This document shows, piece after piece, positions 37,071 to 51,049 of a stretch of DNA of 64,000 bases. The notes beneath the pieces were generated by a model. It saw only the letters and a program-made list of their open reading frames with translations, did not search any database and was not told the origin of the DNA. The first letter of the stretch is position 1, and the number at the start of each line of letters is the position of its first letter. This stretch comes from Octopus vulgaris. Taxonomy: Eukaryota. The stretch is taken from the NCBI GenBank assembly GCA_951406725.2, contig OX597818.1:115940001-116004000 (forward strand), read 5' to 3'. The position numbers and the translations under genes were made by a program.

Positions 37071-39220
37071 TCATTAAGGTTTCACTTATTTATTTTATGT
37101 TTGTTTTGTTAATGCTGCCCTATTTCTGCTGATTTTCTAAAGGTTTCATTAAAATTATTATGCACGGATGTACTTTACGAGTGAATTGATCAGAATGACA
37201 TTCAAGTATTCAATGGCATAAATTATGTCAAACCGACAGCTTTTTAATTGTGAAAAGCTTGTTGAAACCCTCAACCTAAACTAACCATTTCCAGTAAGAA
37301 GATTGACAACGAAATATCTTACAGGCGTGGCAGTGTGGTAAGAAGCTTGCTTCCCAACGACACGGTTCCGGGTTCAGTCCCACAGCGTGGTACCTTGGGC
37401 GAGCGTCTTCTACTATAGCCTTGCGCTAACCAAAGCATTGTAAGCGGATTTTGTTGACGGAAACTGAAAGAACGTATAATGTTTTACTAGAGTCATCTAA
37501 CGTCTACTGATGTGCAATCTCGGCTCAGTCATTGCGGCCGTAAACATCCCACCTTTAAAAAAAAAAATATCTAACTTAAGGCGACATTATCTAATGTGTC
37601 CTTCCCTTTTCCTTAAAACAGTAGGATATGATTTAACTGTGATTTATAGCAGGATGGGTTACCACGTAGAGGCTTTCACCTTGACTCATTCTCCCAGTCT
37701 ACCTGTTTAGATTAGTCCCGTTTCAATCCTGATGAGTAAAGGTATTCCAGTGACGATAATCCCGTGTTTGATCTTGGATTATATTATCTAATGTGTCACT
37801 TCCATATTTTTCAAGAGAGCAGGATGTCACTTGAGGGAGATTTGGATTATATTTTCAGCAGCTCAAGTGGCCATGTAACAGCTACCTTGCTGGCCCGTGA
37901 TTTAAAAAGCCATTTTACTATTAAACACACAAACACACTGTTAGATTCAATTTTCTTAATATTTGTGTATTTGTAGTAGTAGTAGTAGTAGTAGTAGCAG
38001 CAGCAGCAGCAGCAGCAGTAATTTTTGATTTAGACACAAGGACAGCAATTTTGAGCAGAGTGCGTTAGTCGATGATTTTTCTTTTATTTTTTTGCTTGTT
38101 TCAGTCATTAGACTGCGGCCATGCTGGGGCACCGCCTTGAAGAATTTTTAGTCGAATGTATCGACCCCAGTACTTATTCTTTTTTTTTAAAAAAAGCTTG
38201 GTACTTGTTCTATCGGTCACTTTCGCCGAATCGCTAAGTTACGTGGACGTAAACACACCGGCACCAGTTGTCAGTTGGTGGTGGGGGACAAACTCAGACA
38301 CCCCCACCACACACACATCCATACAGACACATGACGGGCTTCTTTCAGTTTCCGTCTCCCAAATCCACTCACAAGGTTTTGGTCGGTTTGAAGCTGTAGT
38401 GGAAGACACTTGCCCAAGGTGCCACGCAGCGGGACTGAACATGGAACCATGTGGTTGGGAATCAAGCTTCTTACTACACAGTCATGCTTGCGCCTACTGA
38501 CCCCAGTACACTATTAGGACTCTGTTTTATCGTCCCCAGAGGAGCAAAAGACAAAGCTGACATCGACAGGATTTGAACTCAAAGTGAAGCGAGCTGGAAC
38601 AAACACCGCAAGGCATTTTGTTTGATGCTCTAACGATACTGCCAACCCATCATCTTTGTCATCATCAGCCAGTGTTTTAAGTCCAGGTTTTGTCTCCGTT
38701 TACCGGGGTGGCCGGATCTACTTCAATGCCATAGCAACCGAGATAGGCAGGTGCACCCACCCCAACCTTTGGGCTGGCTGGTGTCCATTTTCCTTTGCTA
38801 TCATGAGGCTTTTGGGAGCTGGATTTTCTACGGGGAGCATGCCCTTGCTTACCACCAACCTCAGTTTCTAGACATGAGTGGTCCCAAGACCAAGGGCTCT
38901 ACTACGATTTTTAAGAAATGTGGTGGAAAACTAGCTCAGGAAGGCAGGGACGCTACACCCTGAGACCCCTTTATAATTAATAATGATGGTTTATAATTAA
39001 GGCGCAAGGTCAGCAACTTTGAAGGCAGAGATGTTGGTTGAGTACATCAATACCAGTGCTTAACTGTACGCCATTTTATCGACCTCTGGAGAAATGAAAG
39101 GTGTAGTTGATCTCGGCGGGATTTGAACTTAGAACGTATAGAGCCGAGACGAATGCTGCAAAACATTTTTCCCGATGCCCTAACGATTCTACAAAATAGG
39201 GTTAGCTTACACTGCACTTT

Positions 39221-39300
<80 letters not shown>

Positions 39301-41101
39301 GGTGTGCCTGTGGCTAATATGAAGATGTCTGAATCTTAATTTAATAAGTAAAAGCAAAAATGTGTGTTTGTTTGTCTGTAAATAACAAGAGTTTTATGTT
39401 TATGATAAACTACCAAATATTCTTGATCTTTCACAAAATATGATATTTGGGAACTCTAGCATAATAAAATCATGTCCATGACACACGACATTGTAGTAAC
39501 AACGTAGATTTTTATCATTACAACAAATCCTTTACAGCGTCATAGCTTTGTGATATCATAGATTACACAGGCCAAAAAAAAAAAAAAATTTGTTGTTAAA
39601 AAATTTGGACCTGAACTAAGGGGTTTTTTGATACACAGAATTCGAAAATGACATCCATTTATTACCATCATGTCAAGATTTTGAGATTCTGAATTCATAG
39701 AATTTCATTGTTTCATTTTTTTTAGTAAAACTGCTTATGAGGAACAAGGCATAATATATAAACATGCATAGAAGTTGATTTTTCTTTAAAAACAGAACGT
39801 TTTCTTCAAAATTCTGCTGAAAAACTAGCATAATATCTTAAAATTTTGAGACAAATTTTATCATTGTTTATGCCTAATTTCCCATGAATTTGCATTTAGA
39901 TGTTTTTGTTGAGTGCTGAAGGTCAAGCAGATCACGAGTCAAATTCCGGCAAAAGTCCGCCATCTTATGCAAGTCCAGTCTGCCTTGATATCTTTGTTCC
40001 ATTGATTTTTATGTCCTGGTGAAAAACGTTCTCCCTCCTTATTACTTGTACCACCAAGATTTTTAGGGAATTTATCAAGGTAATACATGACGTATCATAA
40101 AATATGTGATATATTATCAAATAATATATCATAACGTGTGACTACATAATGTTAAATTGTAACTTGAAAGAGTATCAATCGTAATGTAATATCTCAAAAT
40201 CTGATAAATCATCATAAAACATGATGTGACGTCACACAATATTGTAATATTAATGAGTATGGTATTATTGCACCACAAGATATGATATCGTGTCATCATA
40301 AGATATGAAGATTACAAGACATAACACAGTTAGTAATATCACAAAAGAGGATATTATATCATATGATATAATCCCTATTCTACTCTTGGCACAAGGCTCA
40401 AAATTTTGGCGGAGAGGGCCAGTCGATTAGATTGACCCCAGTACACAGCTGGTACTTAATTTATCGACCCCGAAAGGATGAAAGGCAAAGTCGACCTCGG
40501 CGGAATTTGAACTCAGAATGTAAAAGACAGACGAAATACTTCTGAGCATTTCGCCCGGCGTGCTAACGTTTCTGCCAGCTGACCGCCTTCGTAAGATATA
40601 ATACCGTAACAACATACCATATGATATTTAGCACTATAAGACTTAATATTGTAACATCATAGCATATAATATCATGGCGTATAAAGGTAAGCGCTGGTAG
40701 AGTAGTTACAGCCCTGGACAAAATTCTTAGTGGTATATCTTCTGATTTTACGTTTTGAGTTCAAATGCTGCCGAGCTAGACTTTGCGGTTCCTCCTTTTG
40801 GTACCGATAAAATAAGTACCAGTTGATAGAATCGACTACTCGCACTCTCACCCGAAGTTACTGGCCTTGTGCCAAAATTTGAAACCAGTATCTTGGAGAG
40901 GAACATAATTTTACAGAAGTTAAGATTGTGTTGTAGTTGTCTTGCATAAGACAAACTCCTAGTTTTTTTTTTGTGGGGGGAAAAAAAAGATTGTGGAAAA
41001 AACAAATTTAATGTTTTGTCATATACCCATATTCTCGATATTCCACCCGTCATGCGGTCGTATCAGACGTACGGCAATATTTTGTTATATATATCTATAT
41101 A

Positions 41102-41490
41102 TCTATATATATAAAGCTGAAGTTGTCTGTGTATGGCAGGTTTGGTAGCCTTCAACTAACACTATCTCCTCCAAGACCCTGCAGCGCAAGTTGACCAAAA
41201 TTGAGAGTATGATAGAAGAAGGCTTGCTTTTCATTCCGTAGAAGATAAAATTCAAATCGGACCATGTGAAGACCAAAAATTATTTACATCAAAAAGGTGC
41301 TTTCTTCTATGAAAATCCCTATTTTTAACGATTTTTTGACTGCTGTGTCGCCATTTTTCGGTGTATTTCAACCAGAAAAATATTCACTTAAAGAGAATAA
41401 CAAGCTATAGAATGCAAAATTTTTACTTTTCAAAAATTCCAATTCTAAAGGGTCGAAACAAACCCGAGCAACGCCGGGCGATACTGCTAG
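41102..41490 (+). mobile_element. Non-autonomous Helitron with a different interior but the same 3' terminus
   Basis: A|TCTATATATATAAAGCTGAAGTTG...AAACCCGAGCAACGCCGGGCGATACTGCTAG|T. Confidence 0.8.
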
Positions 41491-42340
41491 TTTAAGAATA
41501 AAAATAGCGCGTCTTATACACCGACATATTCGGCAATATACTACGATAGAATAGGACAGCAGAATTGTTAGTACGCCGGCCAAGATGCTTAGCGGCATTT
41601 CGTCTGTCTCTTCGTTCCGAGTTCAAATTCCGCCGAGGTTGACTTTTCTTTGCATCCTTTTGGGGTCGATAAAATAAATACCAGTTGAACACTGGGGTCG
41701 ATTTCATCAACTTGGCCCCCCCCACCTCCAAAAACTGCTATCCTTGTGCCAAACTATGAAAGCAATATACTGCGATAGAATATGATAATGTAATACCATA
41801 GAATAGTAATATTATAATCACGAAGTATGATAATGTGATGTCACATGATATGATAATTTGATATCACATGGTTAAACATTGTAATACCGCGAGATACGAT
41901 ATCAGAACGTCACACATCGCACATCGCACACAAGAAAGAACAATATGGTATAACAAAATATGAAGTTGCGACATCGTTGAGTAGGAATATTATTATAACA
42001 TCCAAATACAGTAAAAGCCACAGTTTAATAACGATACAATGTAGAGTATGATATAAATATTTTATAACATTAGAGTGTATCGATATGGTAACATCACAGA
42101 GTAACTTACGGTTTTTCGCCTTACTCTTTTTTGTTTTACTCTTTTACTAGTCTCAGTCATTTGACTGTGGCCATGCTGGAGCACCGCCTTTAGTCGAGCA
42201 AATCGACCCTAGGATTTATTATTTGTAAGCCTAGTACTTATTCTATCGGTCGCTTTTGCCAAACCGCTAAGTTACAGGGATGTAAACACACCAGCATCGG
42301 TTGTCAAGCGATGTTGGGGGGGACAAACACAGACACACAA

Positions 42341-42422
<82 letters not shown>

Positions 42423-42648
42423 ACACATATATATATATATACATATAAACGACGGGCTTCTTTCAGTTTCTGTCTAACAAATCCACTCACAAGGCTTTAG
42501 TCGGTCCGAGGCTATAGTAGAAGACACTTGCCCAAGGTGCCACGCAGTGGGACTGAACCCGGAACCATGTGGTTGGTGAGCAAGCTACTTACCACACAGC
42601 CACTCCTACGCCTATATAAAGATAACCATTATGAAACGAGTAACTTAC

Positions 42649-42787
42649 GATTTTTCTCCTTGTAAAGATAACCATTATGAAGCGACCGGTGTAACTTCCA
42701 AGAAGAATTTGGTATCCGAAACGAAATGTTTTCCGTAGTATACAGAGGGTGTATATTTGTCCTCTTTTTATCTCTCTCTACGTTCAT
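42649..42787 (-). CDS. Uncharacterised gene, putative first coding exon (MNVERDKKRTNIHPLYTTENISFRIPNSSWKLHRSLHNGYLYKEKN)
   Basis: Unique sequence between SINEs. In-frame ATG at 42787, 139 nt, strong donor AATC|GTAAGT (phase 1) that completes CGA with the next exon. Start codon is uncertain and upstream exons are possible. Confidence 0.65.
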
Positions 42788-43475
42788 AGTGCGTTTTTAT
42801 ATTGTGTATATGCATGCATATATGTAATGTATGTATTTTTCGGGGTCGATAAATAAAGTACCAGTTACGCACTGGAGTCGATGTAAACGACTTAATCCCT
42901 TTGTCTGTCCTTGTTTGTCCCCTCTATGTTTAGCCCCTTGTGAGCAGTAAAGAAATATATACGTAATGTATGTATGTATGTATGTATGTATGCATGTGCA
43001 CACGCGTATTAAATTATATTATATATACATATGTATATATATATGCGTGTACATATAAGCATATAATATCTGTGTGTGTGTGCATGTGTGTGTGTTTGTG
43101 TGTGAGTGCGTTCAAGTATGTTAGAAGTTATCTTGCTCAATCTCAAAAAAACCCCCAAAAAACCCTCTCTCTCTCAGTAATTTTACTGTGTGGAAAACGA
43201 GAAGACCCAAAACACAAACGGAACAAAAGTTTGGTTGGAGTAATTTTAAGCTTTTTGTTATTTAATCATTCCGATATTAAGTTGGTGTCTTGTCTGTAGC
43301 ATTTAAACGATGGCTACTGCTTTAGCTTGTCTATCTTCCGTGATGCCTCACGTCTCATAAATATATTCTTTCTCCCCTTACTCTCTACTCTCTATCTCTA
43401 TTTCAATGAATCAGTTTTTTTTTTTTTATCGTCTGTCCGCTTAAATTCCAGATGGAGAGGAAGAGGGAAATAGAA

Positions 43476-43507
<32 letters not shown>

Positions 43508-43560
43508 AGAGAGAGGGAGGGAGGGGACTGTTTCGTTTGTCTAACTGCTTGCGTGACTGT

Positions 43561-44035
<475 letters not shown>

Positions 44036-45375
44036 TTGTCCTTTCTCTCTTTCTCTCACCTTTCTCTCTCCTTTCTCTCCTCACCTTTCTCTCTCTATAT
44101 ATCTAACTATCTGTCTGTATCTATCTATCTGTCTGTCTCTCTACCTCTATCTCTCCTTCTCTCTCTCTTTCTCTCTCTCTCTCCCCTTCTCTGTCTGTCT
44201 GTCTGTCTATGTGTAAAGATGATAAATATTGACAAGCCCTTCTTCTTACAATACAGTAACTCATATCTGTAAGGTATAAACCACAAACAACATTTAACAT
44301 CTGCTAATGACGTCCATCTTCGACTTTCCCCACTCACGATGATGACTACGATCATCATCATCATCATCATCATCATCAACAACAACAACAACAACAGTTG
44401 TAGCAGCAGCAGCAGCCTGGTTGATGTGTGGACACCAATTAGCAACGAAGTGTCGGACAAGCCTTTCGTCAATTTTTTTGCAAACATCAACTAAAAATTT
44501 TTCTTTTGCTTTCCTTTTTTTCTTTTTTTTTTTTACCTTAAGAGACAAACAGAGGCTCTTTGTGTAAAGGTAAGCGTCGGTGTGTGTGTGGTCAGACCAG
44601 GTCGGTTGGGGTTTTGCTTTTACGACAGAAAGTGTCTCTTCTATCAATGAAGATAAACTACGGTCGTTTTTAGCTAATGCTGACATTGTGGATATTGTTA
44701 TTAATGTTGTTGTTGTTGTTGTTGTTGTTGTGGGTGCTGTCTTCTTCTTCCAATCAGGACTCACGCCATTAACCACAAAGAATAAATCTCTAGTTCGAGC
44801 CTACTCTAAGCTACTAAGAGTGCGTGCGGCAACTTCAAGATCCACCCACCACACGCGATAGACTGGCGGTTGCACGGGTGCGAAAGCTACGTTGTTATCC
44901 TCATTCCGTAAACGGTGGCTTTTAACGGGTGGAGAGCTGAACCATCCTGGGGTACAGAGGATTCGCAATCTAGACTGGGATCTGAAAGTTTACCACACCA
45001 TAGTGGGTTACACCATGGTTCCTCTGCTTTGTGGCAGAAGTAGGAAGTTGTGGTGAAAGAGTACAGCGGGGTTCACACCCCACCCCGCCGGAGCCTGGTG
45101 GAGCTTAGGTGTTTTTGCTCAATAAACACTCACAATTCCCAGTCTGGGAATCGAAACCGCGTTCTTACGACCGCGAGCCCGCTGCCCTAACCACTGGGCC
45201 ATTGCGCTTCCACTGTGGTTGCTGTTGTCGTTACTGTTCTTGCGCTGAGTGGCTTAGTGGTTAGGGCAATTCGGCTCAGGATCGTAAGGTCGTAAGTTCG
45301 ACTCCCGGCGGCGCGTTGTGTCCTTGAGCAAGCCACTTTATTTTGCGTTACTCCGTTCCATTCACCTGGCAAAAA

Positions 45376-45795
45376 GGCGCAGGAGTGGCTGTGTGGTAAG
45401 TAGCTTGTTTACCAACCACATGGTTCCGGGTTCAGTCCCACTGCGTGGCATCTTGGGTAAGTGTCTTCTACTATAGCCTCGGGCCGACCAAAGCCTTGTG
45501 AGTGGATTTGGTAGACGGAAAGTGAAAGAAGCCCGTCGTATATATGTATATATATATATATGCGTGTGTGTGTTTGTGTGCCTGTGTTTGTCCCCCTAGC
45601 ATTGCTTGACAACCGATGCTGGTGTGTTTATGTCCCCGTTACTTAGCGGTTCGGCAAAAGCGACCGATAGAATAAGTACTGGGCTTACAAAAAAGAATAA
45701 GTCCCGGGGTCGAGTTGCTCGATTAAAGGCGGTGCTCCAACATGGCCGCAGTTAAATGACTGAAACAAGTAAAAGAGCAAAAGAGTAAAAGAGTA
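45376..45795 (+). mobile_element. Full-length SINE with internal (TA/TG)n and (AAAAGAGT)n tail, nested in another SINE; copies about 12960-13600(+), 38085-38495(-), 42123-42612(-), 46758-47160(+), 62730-63237(+)
   Basis: GGCGCAGGAGTGGCTGTGTGGTAAG...GGTTCAGTCCC...GGCGGTGCTCCARCATGGCCGCAGTYAAATGACTGAAACAAGTAAAAGAG recurs many times. Confidence 0.85.
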
Positions 45796-48353
45796 CCTGT
45801 AATTCAAAGAGGGCCAGTCTTGTTACATTCTGCATCGCGCTGAATCTCCCTGAGAACTACTTTAAGGGTACGAGTGTCTGTGGAATACTCGGCCACTTTC
45901 ACGCTGATTTCACGAGCTGGCTGTTCCGTCGACCGGATCGATTGGAACCTTCGTCGTCGCAACCGACGAAGTACCAGTTCTTAGCTCTTGCTGTTTATTT
46001 CTATGACAACCCTGATTAAAGATAGATATTCCAACCGTGACCATCCCGTCTTATATGCACAAAACCCAGGGCCACGTGATACATTCGTCATTTTCTACCT
46101 GGCATGCACAACTTTTTTTCGAGAAGCGGGCCGCATGAGACACGGGTCATCATTTAACGGGCCGCACTACAAAAAAAAAGTAATTTTATGTTAGGCATTG
46201 CTATTCAGAAGGTCCCGCGGGTCGCAGTTTGCCTATGGATGTTCTAAAACCGTGGCATTTGATTTGAGGCAGATTAAGCTACTTTTTCTTACAGGTCCAG
46301 TGATCTCGTACAAGCCCCTTCGCTAATTCGAGGTTACTGTCGCTGGCTATTAATAGAGGTGCAACTGTTGTTATTATTGCTTTCGTTATTGTTATTTAAC
46401 AAGGTGGCAAGTTTGCAGAATCGTAACAATACCGGACAAAATGTTGAGCAGCATTAAAATCCGGCTCTTTATGTTCCGAGTTGAAATTCCGCAAAGGTCG
46501 ACTTTACCTGCCATCCTTTCGAAGCACCATTCAGCTCTGGCAGACGCGGTCCCAGAAATTTTTCGAAGGCACAAGGTCAGAACAGAATACAACTTCAGGA
46601 GAAAAAGGCGTAATAACATTATTTAAAAGGGCGCAAATCTTTTCTTAAGGGGTCACGTGCCCCTCAGACCCTCCCCCACTCCTTGGGTCCGCCTCTGCTG
46701 GGGTTGATGTAATCGACTCCCCCACCCGTCAAATTTGCCGGTCTAAAATTAGAAAGGACGCAGGAGTGGCTGTGTGGTAAGTAGCTTGCTAACTAACCAC
46801 ATGATTCCAGGTTCAGTCCTACTGCGTGGCACCTAGGGCGAGCGTCTTCTACTATAACCTCGGGCCGACCAAAGCCTTGTGAGTGGATTTGGTAGACGGA
46901 AACTGAAAGAAGCCTGTCGTATATATATATATGTATGTATGTGTGTGTGTTTGTGTGTTGTGTTTGTCCCCCAGCATCGCTTGACAACCGATGGTGGTGT
47001 GTTTACGTCACCGTAACTTAGCGGTTCGGCAAAAGCGACCGATAGAATAAGTACTAGGCTCACAAAGAATAAGTCCTGGGGTCGATTTGCTCGACCAAAG
47101 GCGGTGCTCCAGCATGGCCGCAGTCAAAATGACTGAAACGAAAAAAAAAGAATAAAAGAAAGCCTGGAAGCTGACAGAACGACTTTGCAGGACACGATGC
47201 TTAGCGGCATTAATTTCTGGCTCTTTACGGTCTGATTTTAAATTCAGTAAAAGCCGAATTTGCTTTTTATCTTTTCAGGGTTGATAAAATAAGTACCAGT
47301 TGTGTCCTGGAGTCGATGTATTTGTATAACACCCTCCTTCAAAAATTGCTGGCTTTGAGCCAAAATTTGAGACTATATAGAGAGCGGCGTGCTGGTTGAG
47401 TCGTTAGCACACGGACAAAATACTTAGCGGTAAATGTACCAGCTTTACGTTCTGAGTTCAAATCTTGCCAAGGTCAACTTTGCTTTTTATCTTTTCAGGT
47501 TCGATACAATAAGTACTAGTTGAGCAACAAGGGTTGATGTAATCAACTAACTCGCTTCCCGCAGAATTTCAGGGCCTTGTTCTCATAGTAGAAAGTGTTA
47601 CTGCTATTTAACCCTAGGTCAGCACTAACAAGCATTCTAGCCGCGAATATCCGGTCTTTTCAAGTTTGTATAGGCGTATAATATTTAATAATGTTTCCCT
47701 TATTCAAAACGGTATGGTGTAATTTGGGGCAATTTGGTTATTATATCTAGCAGGCCCAGAGTTTGCTTACAGATCCACCCATTGGTTGTTTTACATGCAA
47801 TTGTAGTGAGTGATGTTGTTGTTTTTGTTTAGCCCAAGGTCAGGTGTGATGGAACCGATCTATGATTAAAGAGTTCCACATCTGACCATCCATCCATTTC
47901 TTTTGTTCACCAGCGGTTATATTGTCCCGAGTGTTTTCTTATTTTAAGACGACAACATTTGATTTGAGGTAGGTATGTCTGCTATTTCTAGCAGGGTAAG
48001 CGTTCGCTGTTAGGACCCCACCCCATTGGTTGTTTTACCTGTGACTGTTGTAATTCTTGTTTAGTTCAAGGTCAGACGTTATGGAGGAGACCTACACTCA
48101 ACGACGTTCCAGCTGTGACCATCCTCTACCAGGTGTTACTTTATTTTCCAGACTGTTTTATCTTAAGACGTCAAAGTTTGGTTTGAAGATTTGGCTGCTA
48201 TTTTTAGCAGGTCTAATGGCGACATGATCTCTTACTTTTAATATTTCACAGACTCATCTTTTACTTCTCTGTCTGTCTGTCTGTCTATCTGTCTGCCCGT
48301 CTCTCTCTCTTTCTCTCACGATTTCTCTTTCCTATCCTCTCGTCTCTGACTTT

Positions 48354-48404
<51 letters not shown>

Positions 48405-48670
48405 ATCCCTCTCCCCCTCTCTCCCTGTTTCTGTTTCCTCTCTCCTCTCTCTCTTTCTCCCTTTTGTCCTCTATCGAAACCTGTCTTTGTCTGGGTCATG
48501 AAAATTTCCTGCTGAGGTAATAATATAGATAAGCACGTGTACGTGTGTGTTTGTGTGTGTGTGTGTATTTGTGTGCGTGTGTAGGCATTGGTGTATGTAC
48601 ATAAATAAGTATCCGCACCATGCGTGTGCGCGAGTGTATGCGAAAGAGAGAGAGAGAGAAAGAAAGGCAA

Positions 48671-48718
<48 letters not shown>

Positions 48719-48768
48719 CTGAGGACGATCTACTTCTTTCTTTCCTCATTCCACCAATAACCTCATCG

Positions 48769-48823
<55 letters not shown>

Positions 48824-49049
48824 TATGCATGTGTGCGTGCGTCCATGATTACCACTTGACAACCGGTGTTGGTGTGTTCACGTCCCGTAACTAAGCAGTT
48901 CGGCAAAGGAGACATAGTGTAACTACTAGTCTTTAAAGAAACTACCACCACCACCACCACAACCACCATTATCACTACCATCACTGATGGTAGTGGTAAT
49001 GGTGGTGGTGGTGGTGGTGGTAGCAGTGATTATATAACTATGTGTACAT

Positions 49050-50560
49050 CTTGTAGGTCATGTCTTGTAACTCCCTCTTTGCAGCACGTTTGGTGCATGA
49101 ATGAATGGACCCTTGTAGCAAATAAAGACAAATGTTTATTTAGCAAAGACCAAACCTGGGCGTTTGGCATGTGTTTAGTCGTCAGGTATTCACAATCCTC
49201 AAATACTCTAATCAGTCGGCAATACGTTAAAGTGGAAGTTCCGTATTAGTCCTCCGAAGACAGTGGTGTAAATCTACTGGCTGGTCTGTTCCGGAGAAAT
49301 TTTGGACTCAGCTCAGGAATAATTTCCAGAACTCCATGGAATGACAATGCTACTGGGGTACATAGCTGGCTCGGGATTAATTCGAGAGGCACGGAATTAC
49401 TACCAGCTGGGTTTCTCCGAGTTGCGTATAGGACAATAAAACATTCATCACCTTGCTTTAGTCCTCTTGGAAGTCTGGACCAAACCAAACCAAACCAAAC
49501 CAAACTCCGAACATTTTAACCGGCCCGTTCACTCACCGTCCCATGATGCCGTGAAGTTGCATGGATCCGCTTTTCTAGGTGCGGAACTTCAAACCCATCC
49601 ACCTTTAAATTTTTTTTTTTTATCCAGTCATCGTTTAGTACTCCGTTAGAGCAGTGTCAATCACCTCGATGTATTTAGTATCCGACACTGCTACAGTGAC
49701 GTCGTCTGCATATACTGATACGGCTCTTTTTGAACCCTAGTTCATGCGCGGCACCCCTCGAAACCTTTAACTTCACAGAAGTGGCTTTAGCACTAGCACG
49801 TACAGAAGGGGCGAGAGAAGACAGGCTTGACGGATCACACGCATAATACCGAACAATTCCGATAGATAAGTTAGTTATTCTAATAATCGAGCAGATGTCG
49901 CTGTAAATTGCAGGGATCCAGCCTTTGAACACGAGATCAAAACTGGCCGCTGTGAGGACAACCTCCTAATATTGACAATCTTATTGAAAGTTTTCAATTG
50001 ATTTAAATTGATCAGGGTCTCATACCCGTCAAGTTCCTTAGTCACCCTATCTTGTTATATCGCATGAGGTGGAGGCTGTCGTGGATAGATTTATTTGGAA
50101 TGGTACATGTCTTTACCTAAATGATCAGAGTATCGAAGACAAGTACCAACTTGATCGCAAACACCTTGACCCAAAACTTGAGTTCTGCGTTAAGCAGACA
50201 AAAAGTTGCTCAAATTCACCCTTGTTTTTCGGATCCGTTTTCAACAATACCACTATACTGTGTTTCATAGGATTGTGAATTCTCCCGTTCCGTTGCCAGT
50301 TGCTGTCGATGTCTATCAAAGAGCATCCAAACAAGTCAGGCATAAGAACATGAAACTCGTACGGCAAGATATTTAATCTCGGCAACTTCCCCAATGCAAC
50401 TAGCTATTGCTTCCCGTATTTCATCAGCTGTCATCGGCCTTCCGTAAGACGGTGTATCTCCAGTCGTGAACTTCGATAGGCCATCGGTAGGTGACAAACC
50501 AAATCGAGCCCCATCTCTGCCCAATCACTCACCGCAAACAGTGGAAAACGGTGCCGCTGA
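49050..50560 (-). mobile_element. Decayed L1/Tx1-clade ORF2 (RT region)
   Basis: LPYEFHVLMPDLFG...WQRNGRI...SIVVLLKTDPKNKG and TCTIPNKSIHDSLHLMRY motifs, with many stops and frameshifts. Confidence 0.75.
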
Positions 50561-50640
50561 AGAGCCTCGGCTAAGCAAAGCTTCGGGCCAACCAAAAGCC
50601 TTGTGAGTGAATTTGTTAGACGAAAACCCAAAGAAGCTCA

Positions 50641-50711
<71 letters not shown>

Positions 50712-50925
50712 AACAAACAAACTTATGTATGTATGTGTGCGTGCGTCCATGATTATCGCTTGACAACTGGTGTTGGTGTGTTCACGTCCCGTAACTAAGT
50801 GGTTCGGCAAAAGAAACATAGTGTAAGTACTAATCTTTAGATAAGAGAAAAGTACGGTGGTGAATGGGTGGTAGTGCTCCAGCATGACCATAGTCTTTTG
50901 ATAAATAAAAGGTAAAAAGAGAGAA

Positions 50926-50983
<58 letters not shown>

Positions 50984-51049
50984 TGAAGACGATATGCACC
51001 TGTAACGTGAGTCGGATGAAATATACAAGTGGGTTAAGAAGAATAACAT

